A DNA stretch of 64,000 nt, taken from positions 13,764,001-13,828,000 of the forward strand of contig OZ360237.1 in the NCBI GenBank assembly GCA_977017645.1. Direction: 5' to 3'. Position 1 is the first letter of the stretch; each line of letters begins with the position of its first letter. The notes below the pieces were generated by a model that was given only the letters and a program-made list of their open reading frames with translations, did not search any database and was not told where the DNA came from. A program made the position numbers and the translations under genes. Positions 63,842 through 64,000 of this stretch are shown here, in pieces. The DNA is from Torpedo marmorata. Taxonomy: Eukaryota.

Positions 63842-64000
63842 CGCTGTCAGCCATTTCAACCCATTTCTGGATTCACCTGTCCAAGTCCAACCATGTGTCT
63901 TTCCACTTTAAATGTCCCCTGAATGCATACCTTTTTTCGTCACTCTTTTACTTCACTATTTGTCACTTGGCATATGTTCCTTCACCTGTTTTAATATCTT

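Overview
Vertebrate genomic DNA, most likely a cartilaginous fish (inferred from HE1/V-SINEs, CR1 and Penelope families). The only host gene is the 3' end of DENND2B/ST5 on the minus strand: six coding exons (36967 down to 13548) and a probable ~0.85 kb 3'UTR. The next upstream exon was not found, so that intron runs past the window end. The rest is mostly layered transposons: a Tc1 element, L1s (two with twin-priming 5' inversions, three nested copies of a second family), CR1s, Penelope copies with minimal hammerhead motifs, V-SINEs, hAT/pogo/piggyBac MITEs, two Gypsy elements and one BEL/Pao element. The most unusual object is the young BEL/Pao element at 44059-50246. Its 691-bp LTRs look identical and resemble a housekeeping CpG-island promoter. 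Its one intact ORF runs SAP domain, coiled coil, Gag, protease, then a host-like segment (MIPOL1-like by recall) where RT/RNaseH/integrase should be. It has no tRNA primer-binding site; instead the first 10 nt after the 5' LTR are complementary to a site inside the LTR (Tf1-type self-priming geometry). The Gypsy element at 58645-63841 independently shows the same kind of signature. All assignments were made by eye and from memory; no database search was run.
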